NCBI GenBank assembly: GCA_038247415.1
Contig: JBBRUX010000030.1
Span: forward strand, 1 to 48,149
Length of the DNA stretch: 48,149 nucleotides
Origin: Chitinivibrionales bacterium
GTDB lineage: Bacteria; Fibrobacterota; Chitinivibrionia; Chitinivibrionales; WJKA01
Reading direction: 5' to 3'
The translations under genes were made by a program, and so were the position numbers. Below are positions 10,863 through 20,323 of the stretch, piece after piece; the first letter of the stretch is position 1, and each line of letters opens with the position of its first letter. The notes under the pieces were generated by a model. It saw nothing but the letters and a program-made list of their open reading frames with translations, did no database searches and was not told where the DNA came from.

Positions 10863-11243
10863 TTGGCACGTATTGCTGGTATAGAAATACCGAACAACAA
10901 ACGGAGTGAGATTGGGCTTACCTATATTTACGGTATAGGTCGTACTTCTTCTCGCGAGATTTTAGAAAAAGCAGGAATAGATCTTAATCGCAAGATTAAA
11001 GATCTTACTGAAGAAGAACTCGACAGGATCCGTAAAATAATTGACGGTGAGTTTGAAATAGAGGGTACGCTCCGTTCCAAAACACGCATGAATATTAAGC
11101 GGCTTATGGATATCGGTTGCTATCGTGGCTTACGACATCGCCGGGGTCTTCCTGCTCGTGGTCAACGTACTCGAACAAATGCCCGTACTCGCAAGGGTCC
11201 TCGAAAGACTATTGCCGGTAAGAAAAAAGCACCAAGCAAATGA
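10863..11243 (+). CDS. rpsM: 30S ribosomal protein S13
   Basis: TTG start 9 nt after AGGAGGAGG gives [31 protein letters not shown]. Confidence 0.99.
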   Translation: MARIAGIEIPNNKRSEIGLTYIYGIGRTSSREILEKAGIDLNRKIKDLTEEELDRIRKIIDGEFEIEGTLRSKTRMNIKRLMDIGCYRGLRHRRGLPARGQRTRTNARTRKGPRKTIAGKKKAPSK

Positions 11244-11265
11244 TAACAATCTATAAGGATCTCCG

Positions 11266-11646
11266 ATGAATAAAACTACAAAAAAAGTAAAGAAAAAAAT
11301 TTCAACTGAAGGTGTTGCGCATATTCGAGCGACTTTTAATAATACGCTCGTTAATGTGACTGATCCTCAAGGTAATGTCATCTGTTGGAATTCTTCTGGA
11401 AAATCTGGCTTCAAGGGCTCACGCAAAAGCACTCCTTTTGCAGCCCAGATAGCTGCTGATGTTGTTGGAAAAGCTGCGTATGATGCTGGTGTTCGGCGTG
11501 TTGAAGTTCATCTTCAGGGCGCAGGAAATGGTCGCGAAAGTGCTATCAGGGCTCTTGCTGCGAGTGGCTTGAAAATATCATCAATAAAAGATTTTACCGC
11601 TATTCCGCACAACGGGTGCCGTCCCCCTAAACGCAGAAGGATATAA
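11266..11646 (+). CDS. rpsK: 30S ribosomal protein S11
   Basis: [31 protein letters not shown]. Confidence 0.99.
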   Translation: MNKTTKKVKKKISTEGVAHIRATFNNTLVNVTDPQGNVICWNSSGKSGFKGSRKSTPFAAQIAADVVGKAAYDAGVRRVEVHLQGAGNGRESAIRALAASGLKISSIKDFTAIPHNGCRPPKRRRI

Positions 11647-11657
11647 GGAAATTACTT

Positions 11658-12281
11658 ATGGCTTTGTATCACGCAGCTAGATGTAGATTGTGCCGAAGAG
11701 AAGGAAAAAAACTTCTTCTTAAAGGCGATCGGTGTCTCACCGAAAAATGCGCATTTGAGCGGAGACCAACTCCTCCTGGAATGCGTTCAACCAAGCGTCG
11801 TAAATCGAATTCAGAGTATGATACTCAGCTTCGAGAAAAGCAGAAGATTCGTCGTATTTACGGGATTCTCGAAAATCAATTTAGGCTTTATTTTGAGCGG
11901 GCTTCTAAAAAAGATGGTGTGACTGGTGAAAATTTGTTGCGCTTGTTAGAAACACGGCTTGATAATGTGGTATACCGTATGGGTTTTGCTCCTTCGCGGT
12001 CAAGTTCACGGCAGCTTGTTTTACATAATCACTTTTTTGTTAATGGAAAGAAAGTTAATATTCCTTCCTATCAACTTAAAGCTAATGATGTTCTCCAGGT
12101 AAAAGATAAAAGCAAAAACCTTGATGTCATTCACTCTGCGCTCAAGGCGACTCATGAGCTTCCCGACTGGTTGATTGTTGATAAAGTTAAATTGTCGGGT
12201 ACAGTGGTTCGTATGCCAGAACGTAAATCGATTCCAATGGATGTTCAAGAACAGCTTGTAGTCGAATTGTATTCCAAATAG
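11658..12281 (+). CDS. rpsD: 30S ribosomal protein S4
   Basis: CRLCRREG (zinc-type N-terminus), QLREKQK, LETRLDNVVYRMG, VVELYSK. Confidence 0.99.
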   Translation: MALYHAARCRLCRREGKKLLLKGDRCLTEKCAFERRPTPPGMRSTKRRKSNSEYDTQLREKQKIRRIYGILENQFRLYFERASKKDGVTGENLLRLLETRLDNVVYRMGFAPSRSSSRQLVLHNHFFVNGKKVNIPSYQLKANDVLQVKDKSKNLDVIHSALKATHELPDWLIVDKVKLSGTVVRMPERKSIPMDVQEQLVVELYSK

Positions 12282-12300
12282 TGAGGAGATTGCTTTTACG

Positions 12301-13302
12301 ATGAAGTGGAAAAGCTTGCTCATGCCCAAAGCCATCCAGATAAGCAATCCGGATGACGTTCCAAATTACGGTAGAATTATTGTTGAGCCATTGGAACGAG
12401 GTTGGGGTTATACTGTAGGAAATGCACTCCGACGCATTCTCCTCTCCTCGTTGCAAGGTGCTGCAGTTGTTTCGGTGAAAATCGATGATGCTGTTCACGA
12501 GTATAGTGGTGTCAATGGTGTTGTTGAAGATATTACCGATATTATTCTTAATATTAAGCAATTACGAGTCCGGCTTCTTTCCGATGAAGATGCAATTATT
12601 CGTCTTGATGTAACTGGCGATGGCGTTGTTAAAGCATCTGATATCGAAAAGAATCCTGATGTTCAAATTTTAAATCCAGATTTGCATATTGCTACTATTA
12701 ATGCAGATGCTCGCCTCAAGATCGAAATGCGGGTTTCTGATGGAAGAGGCTATGTTGCTGCTGAACAGAATAAGCGTGAAGAAGATCCCATAGGGACAAT
12801 TCCAATTGATTCAATGTTCTCGCCTGTCACTAAAGTTAATTACATTGTTGAAAATACTCGTGTTGGTCAACGCACTGATCTTGACAAAGTAATTATGGAT
12901 GTTTGGACTGACGGCAGTTTAAATGTTGAAGATGCAATGGGTTATGCTGCAAAATTGATGCATGATCATCTTGAAGTTTTTATCAACTTTGAGGGTGAGC
13001 TTGAACCAGTAGAAGAAAAAGTAACCGATGAAAAAACCGATAAGCTTCGTCAGTTGCTGAAAATGCGTGTTGATGAATTGGAACTCTCTGTTCGTTCAAA
13101 TAACTGTTTGAAGGCAGCCAATATTCATACGCTAGCTGATCTTGTTTCAAATCATGAATCTGATATGCTAAAATACAAGAATTTTGGTCGTAAGTCTCTT
13201 ATCGAATTGAATCAGGTTCTCTCTAATCTTAGCCTTTCATTTGGAATGGAAGTTGATAAGATTATGGGTCAAGAAAAAGATTCTTCGATGGATTTACGAT
13301 AA
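12301..13302 (+). CDS. rpoA: DNA-directed RNA polymerase subunit alpha
   Basis: EPLERGWGYTVGNALRRILLSS, ELELSVRSNNCL, NFGRKSL. Confidence 0.99.
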   Translation: MKWKSLLMPKAIQISNPDDVPNYGRIIVEPLERGWGYTVGNALRRILLSSLQGAAVVSVKIDDAVHEYSGVNGVVEDITDIILNIKQLRVRLLSDEDAIIRLDVTGDGVVKASDIEKNPDVQILNPDLHIATINADARLKIEMRVSDGRGYVAAEQNKREEDPIGTIPIDSMFSPVTKVNYIVENTRVGQRTDLDKVIMDVWTDGSLNVEDAMGYAAKLMHDHLEVFINFEGELEPVEEKVTDEKTDKLRQLLKMRVDELELSVRSNNCLKAANIHTLADLVSNHESDMLKYKNFGRKSLIELNQVLSNLSLSFGMEVDKIMGQEKDSSMDLR

Positions 13303-13345
13303 CAATAGACTATACACAGGAAATTCAAGCACAAGGGTTTTAATC

Positions 13346-13804
13346 ATGCGTCATTTAGTTTCAGGTAAGAAACTCGGTAGAACTGCAAGTCATCGAAAAG
13401 CAATGCTTTCCAACCTTGCAATGTCTATTCTCGACAAAGAACGTGTAGTAACTACCGTTGCAAAAGCCAAAGCTGTCCGCGGTGTTGTTGAACGGCTCAT
13501 TACTTATGGAAAAAGCAATAATTTGCATTCTATTCGTACTGCTGCAGAAACAATTCGTGATAAAACAATTCTCAAAAAATTGTTTGATGATATAGGACCA
13601 AGTTTTGAAAAGCGTGAGGGTGGGTATACACGAATTCTTAAAATGGGTGAACGCAAAGGCGACAATGCGCCTATGTCACTTATTGAGCTTGTTGGTCGTA
13701 AACGAGAAGAAATTGTTAAGCCTAAAGCAAAAAAAGCAAAAGTTGTAACATCGGTTCAAGATGTTGCCCTAGAGAAGCCAGCTGCAGAAAAGGCAGCTGA
13801 ATAA
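13346..13804 (+). CDS. rplQ: 50S ribosomal protein L17, with a Lys/Ala/Glu-rich C-terminal tail
   Basis: Start moved to ATG at 13346 (MRH..KKLGRTASHRKAM); GGYTRILK, GDNAPM. Confidence 0.98.
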   Translation: MRHLVSGKKLGRTASHRKAMLSNLAMSILDKERVVTTVAKAKAVRGVVERLITYGKSNNLHSIRTAAETIRDKTILKKLFDDIGPSFEKREGGYTRILKMGERKGDNAPMSLIELVGRKREEIVKPKAKKAKVVTSVQDVALEKPAAEKAAE

Positions 13805-13842
13805 TATCAGGTAATGGGTCATTATTTGTAAGGAGAATTTCT

Positions 13843-14862
13843 ATGTCTTTAGTTACTACGAAGCAAATACTTGATGAAGCAAATAAAGCCGGATATGGCG
13901 TTGGTGCTTTCAATGTAAACAATATGGAGCAATTGCAGGCTATTTGCGCTGCTGCTGCAGAAACAAAATCTGCAGTTATTATCCAAGTAAGCCGTAATGC
14001 ACTTAAGTACGCAGATAAAGGTTTGCTGGCTGCAATGGTTAATTATATGGCTAATGTAAAGTATCCTGAGATCCCAATTGCATTGCATTTAGATCACGGT
14101 CCCGATATTGCCACAATAGAAGAGTGCATATCACTTGGATTTACATCTGTGATGATTGATGGATCACTCGACTATAGCACAAAAGACGCTTCGGGTAAAC
14201 ATCCAACGCGATCATTTGAAGACAATGTGAAAATAACCAAAGAAGCTGTGCGTATTGCTCATGCTGCTGGTGTTTCGGTTGAAGGTGAAATTGGAACCCT
14301 TGGTGGGATTGAAGATGAGACTGAATCTGAGGTTCATTTAACTGAGGTTCATGAAGCAGCTGAATTTGTTAAGCAAACAGGCGTTGATTCTTTAGCAATT
14401 GCTATTGGAACAAGCCATGGTGCCTACAAGTTTCCTGTTGGTCATGAAGTTAAATTGGCACTTGAAATTATAGATCAAGTTCATAAGCTATGTCCTACAA
14501 CAAGTTTGGTTATGCATGGAAGTTCTTCGGTTCCTAAGCATATGGTTGACGAAGTCAATTTGTATGGCGGTAATGTTCCGAATGCTGTTGGTGTGCCAAC
14601 AGCAATGATTCAAGACGCTATTAAGCGTGGTATGAGAAAAATTAATATCGATACCGATGGTAGATTGGCAATTACCGCTGCAATTCGCAAGGTATTTGCT
14701 ACTAAGCCAGAAAAATTTGATCCTCGTGACTACCTTGGGCCAGCTCGTGAAGCCGTTAAGGTTTGGATGATGGAAGAAATGAAAGCTTTTGGAACTGCTG
14801 GACATGCTGGTGATTACAAGGGTCTTTCTTTAGCTGAAATCAAAAAAGGTTATGGTTTATAA
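13843..14862 (+). CDS. fba: Fructose-bisphosphate aldolase, class II (type B)
   Basis: GAFNVNNME, LHLDHG, SVMIDGS, AIGTSHGAYKF, VMHGSSSVP, KINIDTD, FDPRDYL. Confidence 0.96.
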   Translation: MSLVTTKQILDEANKAGYGVGAFNVNNMEQLQAICAAAAETKSAVIIQVSRNALKYADKGLLAAMVNYMANVKYPEIPIALHLDHGPDIATIEECISLGFTSVMIDGSLDYSTKDASGKHPTRSFEDNVKITKEAVRIAHAAGVSVEGEIGTLGGIEDETESEVHLTEVHEAAEFVKQTGVDSLAIAIGTSHGAYKFPVGHEVKLALEIIDQVHKLCPTTSLVMHGSSSVPKHMVDEVNLYGGNVPNAVGVPTAMIQDAIKRGMRKINIDTDGRLAITAAIRKVFATKPEKFDPRDYLGPAREAVKVWMMEEMKAFGTAGHAGDYKGLSLAEIKKGYGL

Positions 14863-14898
14863 TTCTTTGATCGATTTTAGGTAACAATGGTTTTTGAT

Positions 14899-14929
14899 AA
14901 GGCATAATGGAATCCGTTATGCCTTTTCT
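14899..14929 (+). terminator. Rho-independent terminator after fba
   Basis: AAGGCATAATGG-aat-CCGTTATGCCTT stem followed by TTCT. Confidence 0.75.
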
Positions 14930-15007
14930 ATTGAATTTTGCAGTGCATAAGCTATTTTATATCCGGATTTTTCAGGGCTGATTCACAATTCTGATTTGGA
15001 GAACCCT

Positions 15008-15925
15008 ATGAAAATGACTCTTGTGTTTGCAGGTTTCCTTTCTTGTGCAGCGGTTGTTGCAGCACAAGATGTTGTCATTAATTCACCTGCAGCGTGGTTA
15101 ACACAACGTGATGGAACTATTCTTGTGAAAGCGCAGTTTGATACTGCTCGTATCGCAAAGAAATCAGTTAAATTTACATCGTATACTGTAGACAATGGGA
15201 AGAAATCCCTTGTTGCATCAAAAACGGTTTTGGCAAAAACTTTTAGTCAAGATATTAAGCTCGGATCTGTTAAAGGCTCGATGCTAGGCGGGACTCAGTA
15301 TGTTACCGTTGAGTGGGCGCTTACGGATACTGCTATAAAAGGATCTGTATTTCCGGTTGGTGTATTGGCAATAGAGAAAGTTGCTTCCAAAGATTCTCTA
15401 AAAATTGGTAAAGTTGCAAATGGTGCAGATTGTGCAGCAGCAGCAGCAGCAATCGGAAAAAAGCCTTTTACCAAAGTCGGAACCTATGAGATAGGTTCTG
15501 TTTGGAATGATCAATCGGTATTCTTTGCATGCAAAAAGGTTGCGGGGTCTAAAGATCTTGTCACACTTGCTATCGATGGAAAGAATGCTAAAAATGCTTT
15601 CCTTGCCTATTCAGATCGTTTGCTTGTTTATGGGGCTGAAAAAGATAGCCTGTCAGCTGTTTGCTACAAGCGAGCTATGGTTGGAGATACTCTGCGGTAT
15701 ACAAAAACATCATGGGAATTAACGGGTAAATCTTCAGTTGTCAATGGTGTTTTTGTTGTGGAAGTTCCTTGGGCTGACCTTGGCATGGTAAAATCTTTTG
15801 TTGGTCGACGCTTTGGTTTTAGTGTTATGGTTTCAGATAATACAGGGAAATCTATTGCTGCATATCCAAGTATTGCAAAACAGGAAATCCCTGGTTCCTG
15901 GACTAATGCATTATTAACTGAATAA
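15008..15925 (+). CDS. Secreted hypothetical protein with a C-terminal CBM9/DOMON-like sugar-binding domain
   Basis: Signal peptide MKMTLVFAGFLSCAAVVAA; SVWNDQSVFF, VEVPWADLG, GRRFGFSVMVSD resemble the CBM9_1/DOMON-like pattern. Confidence 0.6.
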   Translation: MKMTLVFAGFLSCAAVVAAQDVVINSPAAWLTQRDGTILVKAQFDTARIAKKSVKFTSYTVDNGKKSLVASKTVLAKTFSQDIKLGSVKGSMLGGTQYVTVEWALTDTAIKGSVFPVGVLAIEKVASKDSLKIGKVANGADCAAAAAAIGKKPFTKVGTYEIGSVWNDQSVFFACKKVAGSKDLVTLAIDGKNAKNAFLAYSDRLLVYGAEKDSLSAVCYKRAMVGDTLRYTKTSWELTGKSSVVNGVFVVEVPWADLGMVKSFVGRRFGFSVMVSDNTGKSIAAYPSIAKQEIPGSWTNALLTE

Positions 15926-15932
15926 AAGTTAT

Positions 15933-16010
15933 GGTGGCTGTAGTTCAATTGGTTAGAGCACTGGATTGTGGTTCCAGATGTTGCGGGTTCAAGTCCCGTC
16001 AGTCACCCCA
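15933..16010 (+). tRNA. tRNA-His (GTG) with encoded G-1 and CCA
   Basis: Acceptor GTGGCTG/CAGTCAC, G-1:C73, anticodon arm CTGGA-ttGTGgt-TCCAG, T-arm GGTTCAAGTCC, 3' CCA. Confidence 0.98.
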
Positions 16011-16015
16011 TTAAT

Positions 16016-16057
16016 AAGTGCCCTCTTGATGGTATGTCAAGAGGGCACTTTTATTTT
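16016..16057 (+). terminator. Rho-independent terminator after tRNA-His
   Basis: AAGTGCCCTCTTGAT-ggtat-GTCAAGAGGGCACTT stem followed by TTATTTT. Confidence 0.9.
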
Positions 16058-16140
16058 GTGCGCCATTAGCGTTCCCATGCAATATTCTAAATGTCTGCAT
16101 CACGTGTTTTTTTCTACACCCTTTTATCAGAGTAAATAGC

Positions 16141-17340
16141 ATGCAGCATAATAATTCACAATTAAGAACATTTGATCGCTTTCCAAACAACTTTGATAGA
16201 GATCAATCTCGCATACTTGTTACCTGCCCTAAAGGATTGTCTCCTTTTTTGCGCCAGGAAATACTTGATCTTGGGTTTTCGCCCATAGATTGTTTTCCAA
16301 CAGGGGTAACGCTTGACGGCACACTTGCAGATTGTATGCGCTTGAATCTCATGCTCTCTACAGGGCACAGAGTGTTATTTATGCTTTCGGAATTTTCTTG
16401 CACTGATGGCGATGATCTGCATCGCTATGTAAGCCAATGCCCCTGGGAGACTCTCATTGATCCGTCTGAGTATTTAAGTATAACATCTACCGTTGCAAAC
16501 GATACTATTCGTGATTCTCGCTATGCCAATGTTCGCTGCAAAGATGGCATTGTGGATCGGCTTGTAGAGATGTGTGGTACACGCTGCAATAGTGGACCCG
16601 ATCGCACAGGTGTGGTTATACATTTGTTTTGGCAACAAACCTTGTGCCGCTTATTTCTAGACACGAGCGGGGAATCATTGGCTCGTAGAGGATATAGAAC
16701 AATTTCGGTTGCGGCGCCTCTGCAGGAGACGCTTGGGGCAGGTATTGTGCATGCTATGCATTATACCGGTAGTGTGGCATTTGTTAATCCGATGTGTGGA
16801 AGTGGTACCTTGGCTATTGAGGCTGCATATGTTGCGCTTAAGCGCCCGCCGCAAATTTTGCGTACCAATTTTGGTTTTATGCACATCAAGGGCTTTGACC
16901 AGGAATCGTTTGCAACCATAAAAAAAGAGCATGCTCCTGCAAGTCCTTCAAAAAATATTCCCCCTATTATTGCCACCGATCATGATCCTTTAGCAGTCGA
17001 AGCAGCTCAGAAAAATGCTGTAACGGCTGGCGTAGCCCAGTATATTACCTTCCATGTATGCGACTTTGCACAAACACCTCTGCCAGAAAGTCCTGCTCTT
17101 ATTGTTATGAATCCAGAGTATGGGTTTCGTATTGGTGCTGATAAAGATTTGTCGCAGGTTTATAAATCCATTGGCAGTTTTTTTAAGCATGAGTGCGGGG
17201 GGTATAAGGGCTATGTTTTTACCGGCAATACAGATTTAGTAAAGCATGTAGGGCTTAAGGCAAGCCGAAAAACCCCCTTTTCAAATGGATCGCTCGACTG
17301 CAGGTTGTACGAATACGAATTGTATGCTGGAAGCCGGTAA
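16141..17340 (+). CDS. THUMP-domain class I RNA methyltransferase (RlmL/YpsC-like, probable 23S rRNA m2G)
   Basis: LDTSGESLARRGYR, APLQETL, NPMCGSGTLAIEAA, MNPEYG. Confidence 0.88.
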   Translation: MQHNNSQLRTFDRFPNNFDRDQSRILVTCPKGLSPFLRQEILDLGFSPIDCFPTGVTLDGTLADCMRLNLMLSTGHRVLFMLSEFSCTDGDDLHRYVSQCPWETLIDPSEYLSITSTVANDTIRDSRYANVRCKDGIVDRLVEMCGTRCNSGPDRTGVVIHLFWQQTLCRLFLDTSGESLARRGYRTISVAAPLQETLGAGIVHAMHYTGSVAFVNPMCGSGTLAIEAAYVALKRPPQILRTNFGFMHIKGFDQESFATIKKEHAPASPSKNIPPIIATDHDPLAVEAAQKNAVTAGVAQYITFHVCDFAQTPLPESPALIVMNPEYGFRIGADKDLSQVYKSIGSFFKHECGGYKGYVFTGNTDLVKHVGLKASRKTPFSNGSLDCRLYEYELYAGSR

Positions 17341-17402
17341 GGTTTTTCTTTAATGAGATCCGCTTTTCCCACGATAAATGCATTCGCTTTTTGCCTAACT
17401 CA

Positions 17403-17431
17403 TTGAATTAATTCTTTAATAATTATACACT
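17403..17431 (+). promoter_or_regulatory. Putative sigma70-type promoter for the glycosyltransferase
   Basis: TTGAAT-17 nt-TACACT, about 44 nt upstream of the GTG start. Confidence 0.45.
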
Positions 17432-17474
17432 TAGGATAGGAAGCATATATCTATTGAACGATGCATGAGGTATT

Positions 17475-18701
17475 GTGCGCATATTTCTTGTCAGCAGCGA
17501 ATTTCCTTCCTATACGCCACTTGGCGGGATTGCCACCTATACGTTGCATTGCGCAACTGGTTTGCATGCTCTGGGGCATGAAGTACATGTTATAACCCGC
17601 AGCATTGACGATGTGCCTACATCTACTCAGGTTGATGGAATTATGCATCATTTGCTTGGGCATGGTTCTTTTCCCCTTCCACAGCATCGGTTTGCATACC
17701 CGCTTCGCAAAGTATGCTATACGTGCATCCCGCAAACGCTCATTCGGCTGGCTTGGGCAAAAGAAGTGTTTAAGGCAATAGCAAAGCTTATCCAAGATGG
17801 TTGCATACCCGATGTGATTGAAGTGCCAGATTGTGGAGCAGAAGGCTATTATCTTGCTCGGAACGCACTACGGCAAAAACTTGTGGTTAGATTGCATACT
17901 CCCTGGAACCTTGTACGAAAACTAGATTCCATTCGCGAACATCCTCTCGATAGTTATTTGCTTGACTATTGCGAAAAGCTAGCCATTCGCAATGCACGTT
18001 ATGTTTCCTCTCCCACAAAAGCATTGGCAGAGATTGTGTGTGCATCATGGCATATTAAAGGGATTGAACAGTATCCTAATCCTATACCCGTGAAGAACTA
18101 TGTGAAATCGAGTGGAGAAAAATGGATATTTGTTGGCAGGGTCGAGTACCGTAAAGGGGTACATGTGCTGTTGCGTGCGTATGCTCAAGCAGCACAAAAA
18201 TGCACTGTTCCACAGCTTATGCTTGTGGGAAAAGCATACGGAATTATGGCGAATGGAGAGTCCTATGAAAGTTTTATACGTCGTCTTATTAAAGAACTAC
18301 ATCTGGAAAAAATGATCGAATGGATCCACGGAACCAGCGATGTTGCGCACTACCTGGCTATGGCTTGCGTGGCTATTTTCCCCTCGGTGTGGGAAAACTT
18401 TTCATATGCTTGTTTAGAGGCTATGGCTTCGTCTATTGCTGTTATTGCATCTGACTGCGGGGGTTTCAAAGAGATCGTTTCTTCGGGACAAAATGGAATA
18501 TTATTTACACAAGAAGATGCTGCTGCACTGGCTAACGAACTTGTTTGGTGTGCAGAAAATCCGGAAAAAACCCAAAAAATGGGTGTGCTTGGCCAACTAT
18601 GGGTGGCCACACATTGTGATACACCAGTGGTTTGTAAACATATCGAAATGGTTTATAGAAAAGCGAGTGTAACGCAGGATGATAGGGCGGATAGTGTTTA
18701 G
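17475..18701 (+). CDS. Glycosyltransferase family 4 (GT-B)
   Basis: GGIATY, GHEVHVIT, FVGRVEYRKG, PSVWENFSYACLEAMA, GGFKEIV. Confidence 0.93.
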   Translation: MRIFLVSSEFPSYTPLGGIATYTLHCATGLHALGHEVHVITRSIDDVPTSTQVDGIMHHLLGHGSFPLPQHRFAYPLRKVCYTCIPQTLIRLAWAKEVFKAIAKLIQDGCIPDVIEVPDCGAEGYYLARNALRQKLVVRLHTPWNLVRKLDSIREHPLDSYLLDYCEKLAIRNARYVSSPTKALAEIVCASWHIKGIEQYPNPIPVKNYVKSSGEKWIFVGRVEYRKGVHVLLRAYAQAAQKCTVPQLMLVGKAYGIMANGESYESFIRRLIKELHLEKMIEWIHGTSDVAHYLAMACVAIFPSVWENFSYACLEAMASSIAVIASDCGGFKEIVSSGQNGILFTQEDAAALANELVWCAENPEKTQKMGVLGQLWVATHCDTPVVCKHIEMVYRKASVTQDDRADSV

Positions 18702-18766
18702 AAACCTGAATTGACTAGGCAGAAGCCTTTGAATAATGATTTAAAAACCGCTAAGGAAAAATAGCT

Positions 18767-20323
18767 ATGTCTTCTCCGCTCATGGGTGCCCGACTTATTA
18801 AAAACGGAATCCATACCCTCTTTAATACCTTTTTTATGAGGCTTTTGTCGTGGGTTGTATCAATTTGGATTACACGGGCTTTGGGTCCTGCAAATTTCGG
18901 AATATTTTCGCTGGTTCTGTGGTTCACGGGCATTTTTTCATGGGCTCTTGGAATGGGGCTTATACATGCTATTACTAAATTTGTGGCTGAGTTTCATGCA
19001 AAAAAGGATACTGCGACAATACGATCGATAGTCTGGTTTGTTTTAAAAATAGAAGTAGCGTGTGCTGTGGGCGCAACGCTTATCCTAGTCTTTTTTAGAT
19101 CGAGTATTGCCGATTATTTCTTTACTCCTAAAGAATCATTATTCTTTTTGCTCGCTTTTGTGGGATTACTACCAGGTGTTGTAACTGCAATTTTTTCTGC
19201 GGCAATAGAAGGCATTCAGAAATTTGAATATTTTACGTATGTTAGTCTGATTGTATCGCCACTGTCATTTATTGCTAAAATAATTGTTCTTATGCTTGGA
19301 TATGGCATTAATGGTTTGTTGATGGTTATGCTATTCTTTTCTTTTGTAAATTGTATTGTGTATGCCCTTTTTCTTATGAAGGAAAACATCGTGTGGCCGC
19401 CTGCATTGGGAGCAACAGAGGGTACGCTTAAAAATCGCATTGTGAAATATAACGCAAGTGTTATTGCTATTTTGTGCTGTGATAAAATTGTGTGGGACAA
19501 GAGCGAAAACTTTTTCTTGGGAAGATTTTGCAGTGCTGCTGAAATTGGATTTTTTAATTTAGGGTATAACTTTGCTCAAAACTGCATGAGTATTATACCA
19601 ACAACGCTGTGGCGGATCTTATTTCCGGCTATGTCGGCATTTTATGGGGAAGGTAATCAGGATAAAATGAAGCGGCTCTTTTTCATATCTTCCCGGTATG
19701 TTGCGTTCTTTGTATTTCCTGTTGGTGTCGCGGGAATTTTACTTTCGTTTGGAATATTAAAGTATGTCTACGGACACGATTTTTCGGGGGCACAACATGT
19801 AATGCAGATTATGTTTGGTGCGCTTATCGTTTCGAGTATCAGCAATCCCTCATCGGCTGTATTATATAGTTTTGAAAAACAATCCTTTATTTATAAATAT
19901 GGTGCCGTTTTAGCTATTGTCAATATTGGACTGGATATCTGGCTAATTCGAACTCATGGTGCAATGGGAGCAGCAATGTGCTATGGTATAACTACTGTTA
20001 TTGCATCGGTGGGAGGCTTGGCGTATACTATTAAAACCATGAAATTGCGCTATCCTATTGTATCTGTTGTCAAGATAGTTTTTTCAACCATTCTCATGGG
20101 TGTGGTCATGGAAGTAATCCTTCTCCAGCGTCTTAATGGAGCAGGTTATCTGATTGCCCTGGGGGCTGGCTTTTTTATGTACACCATTTGTTCGTTGGTG
20201 CTCGGATCATTTGAGGCAGAAGATTTTGCGCTCTTAGAACATGTCAAAAAGATTTTTCCAGGAAAGAGCAAGCGTATTGTAGATGAAGTTGTCAAATTTA
20301 TGACACATTTTAAACATCGCTAG
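18767..20323 (+). CDS. Wzx/MurJ-like oligosaccharide flippase (polysaccharide biosynthesis protein)
   Basis: Many TM segments; ITRALGPANFGIFS, EIGFFNLGY, LFPAMS, GAMGAA. Confidence 0.88.
   Translation: MSSPLMGARLIKNGIHTLFNTFFMRLLSWVVSIWITRALGPANFGIFSLVLWFTGIFSWALGMGLIHAITKFVAEFHAKKDTATIRSIVWFVLKIEVACAVGATLILVFFRSSIADYFFTPKESLFFLLAFVGLLPGVVTAIFSAAIEGIQKFEYFTYVSLIVSPLSFIAKIIVLMLGYGINGLLMVMLFFSFVNCIVYALFLMKENIVWPPALGATEGTLKNRIVKYNASVIAILCCDKIVWDKSENFFLGRFCSAAEIGFFNLGYNFAQNCMSIIPTTLWRILFPAMSAFYGEGNQDKMKRLFFISSRYVAFFVFPVGVAGILLSFGILKYVYGHDFSGAQHVMQIMFGALIVSSISNPSSAVLYSFEKQSFIYKYGAVLAIVNIGLDIWLIRTHGAMGAAMCYGITTVIASVGGLAYTIKTMKLRYPIVSVVKIVFSTILMGVVMEVILLQRLNGAGYLIALGAGFFMYTICSLVLGSFEAEDFALLEHVKKIFPGKSKRIVDEVVKFMTHFKHR

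Noticed and set aside
3626..13345. Extended N-termini given by the ORF track for rpsC, secY, rpsM and rplQ
   Set aside because: Longest-ORF artefacts; downstream starts match conserved N-termini and ribosome-binding sites
15434..15451. GCA trinucleotide run
   Set aside because: A short in-frame poly-Ala codon run, too short to suggest phase variation
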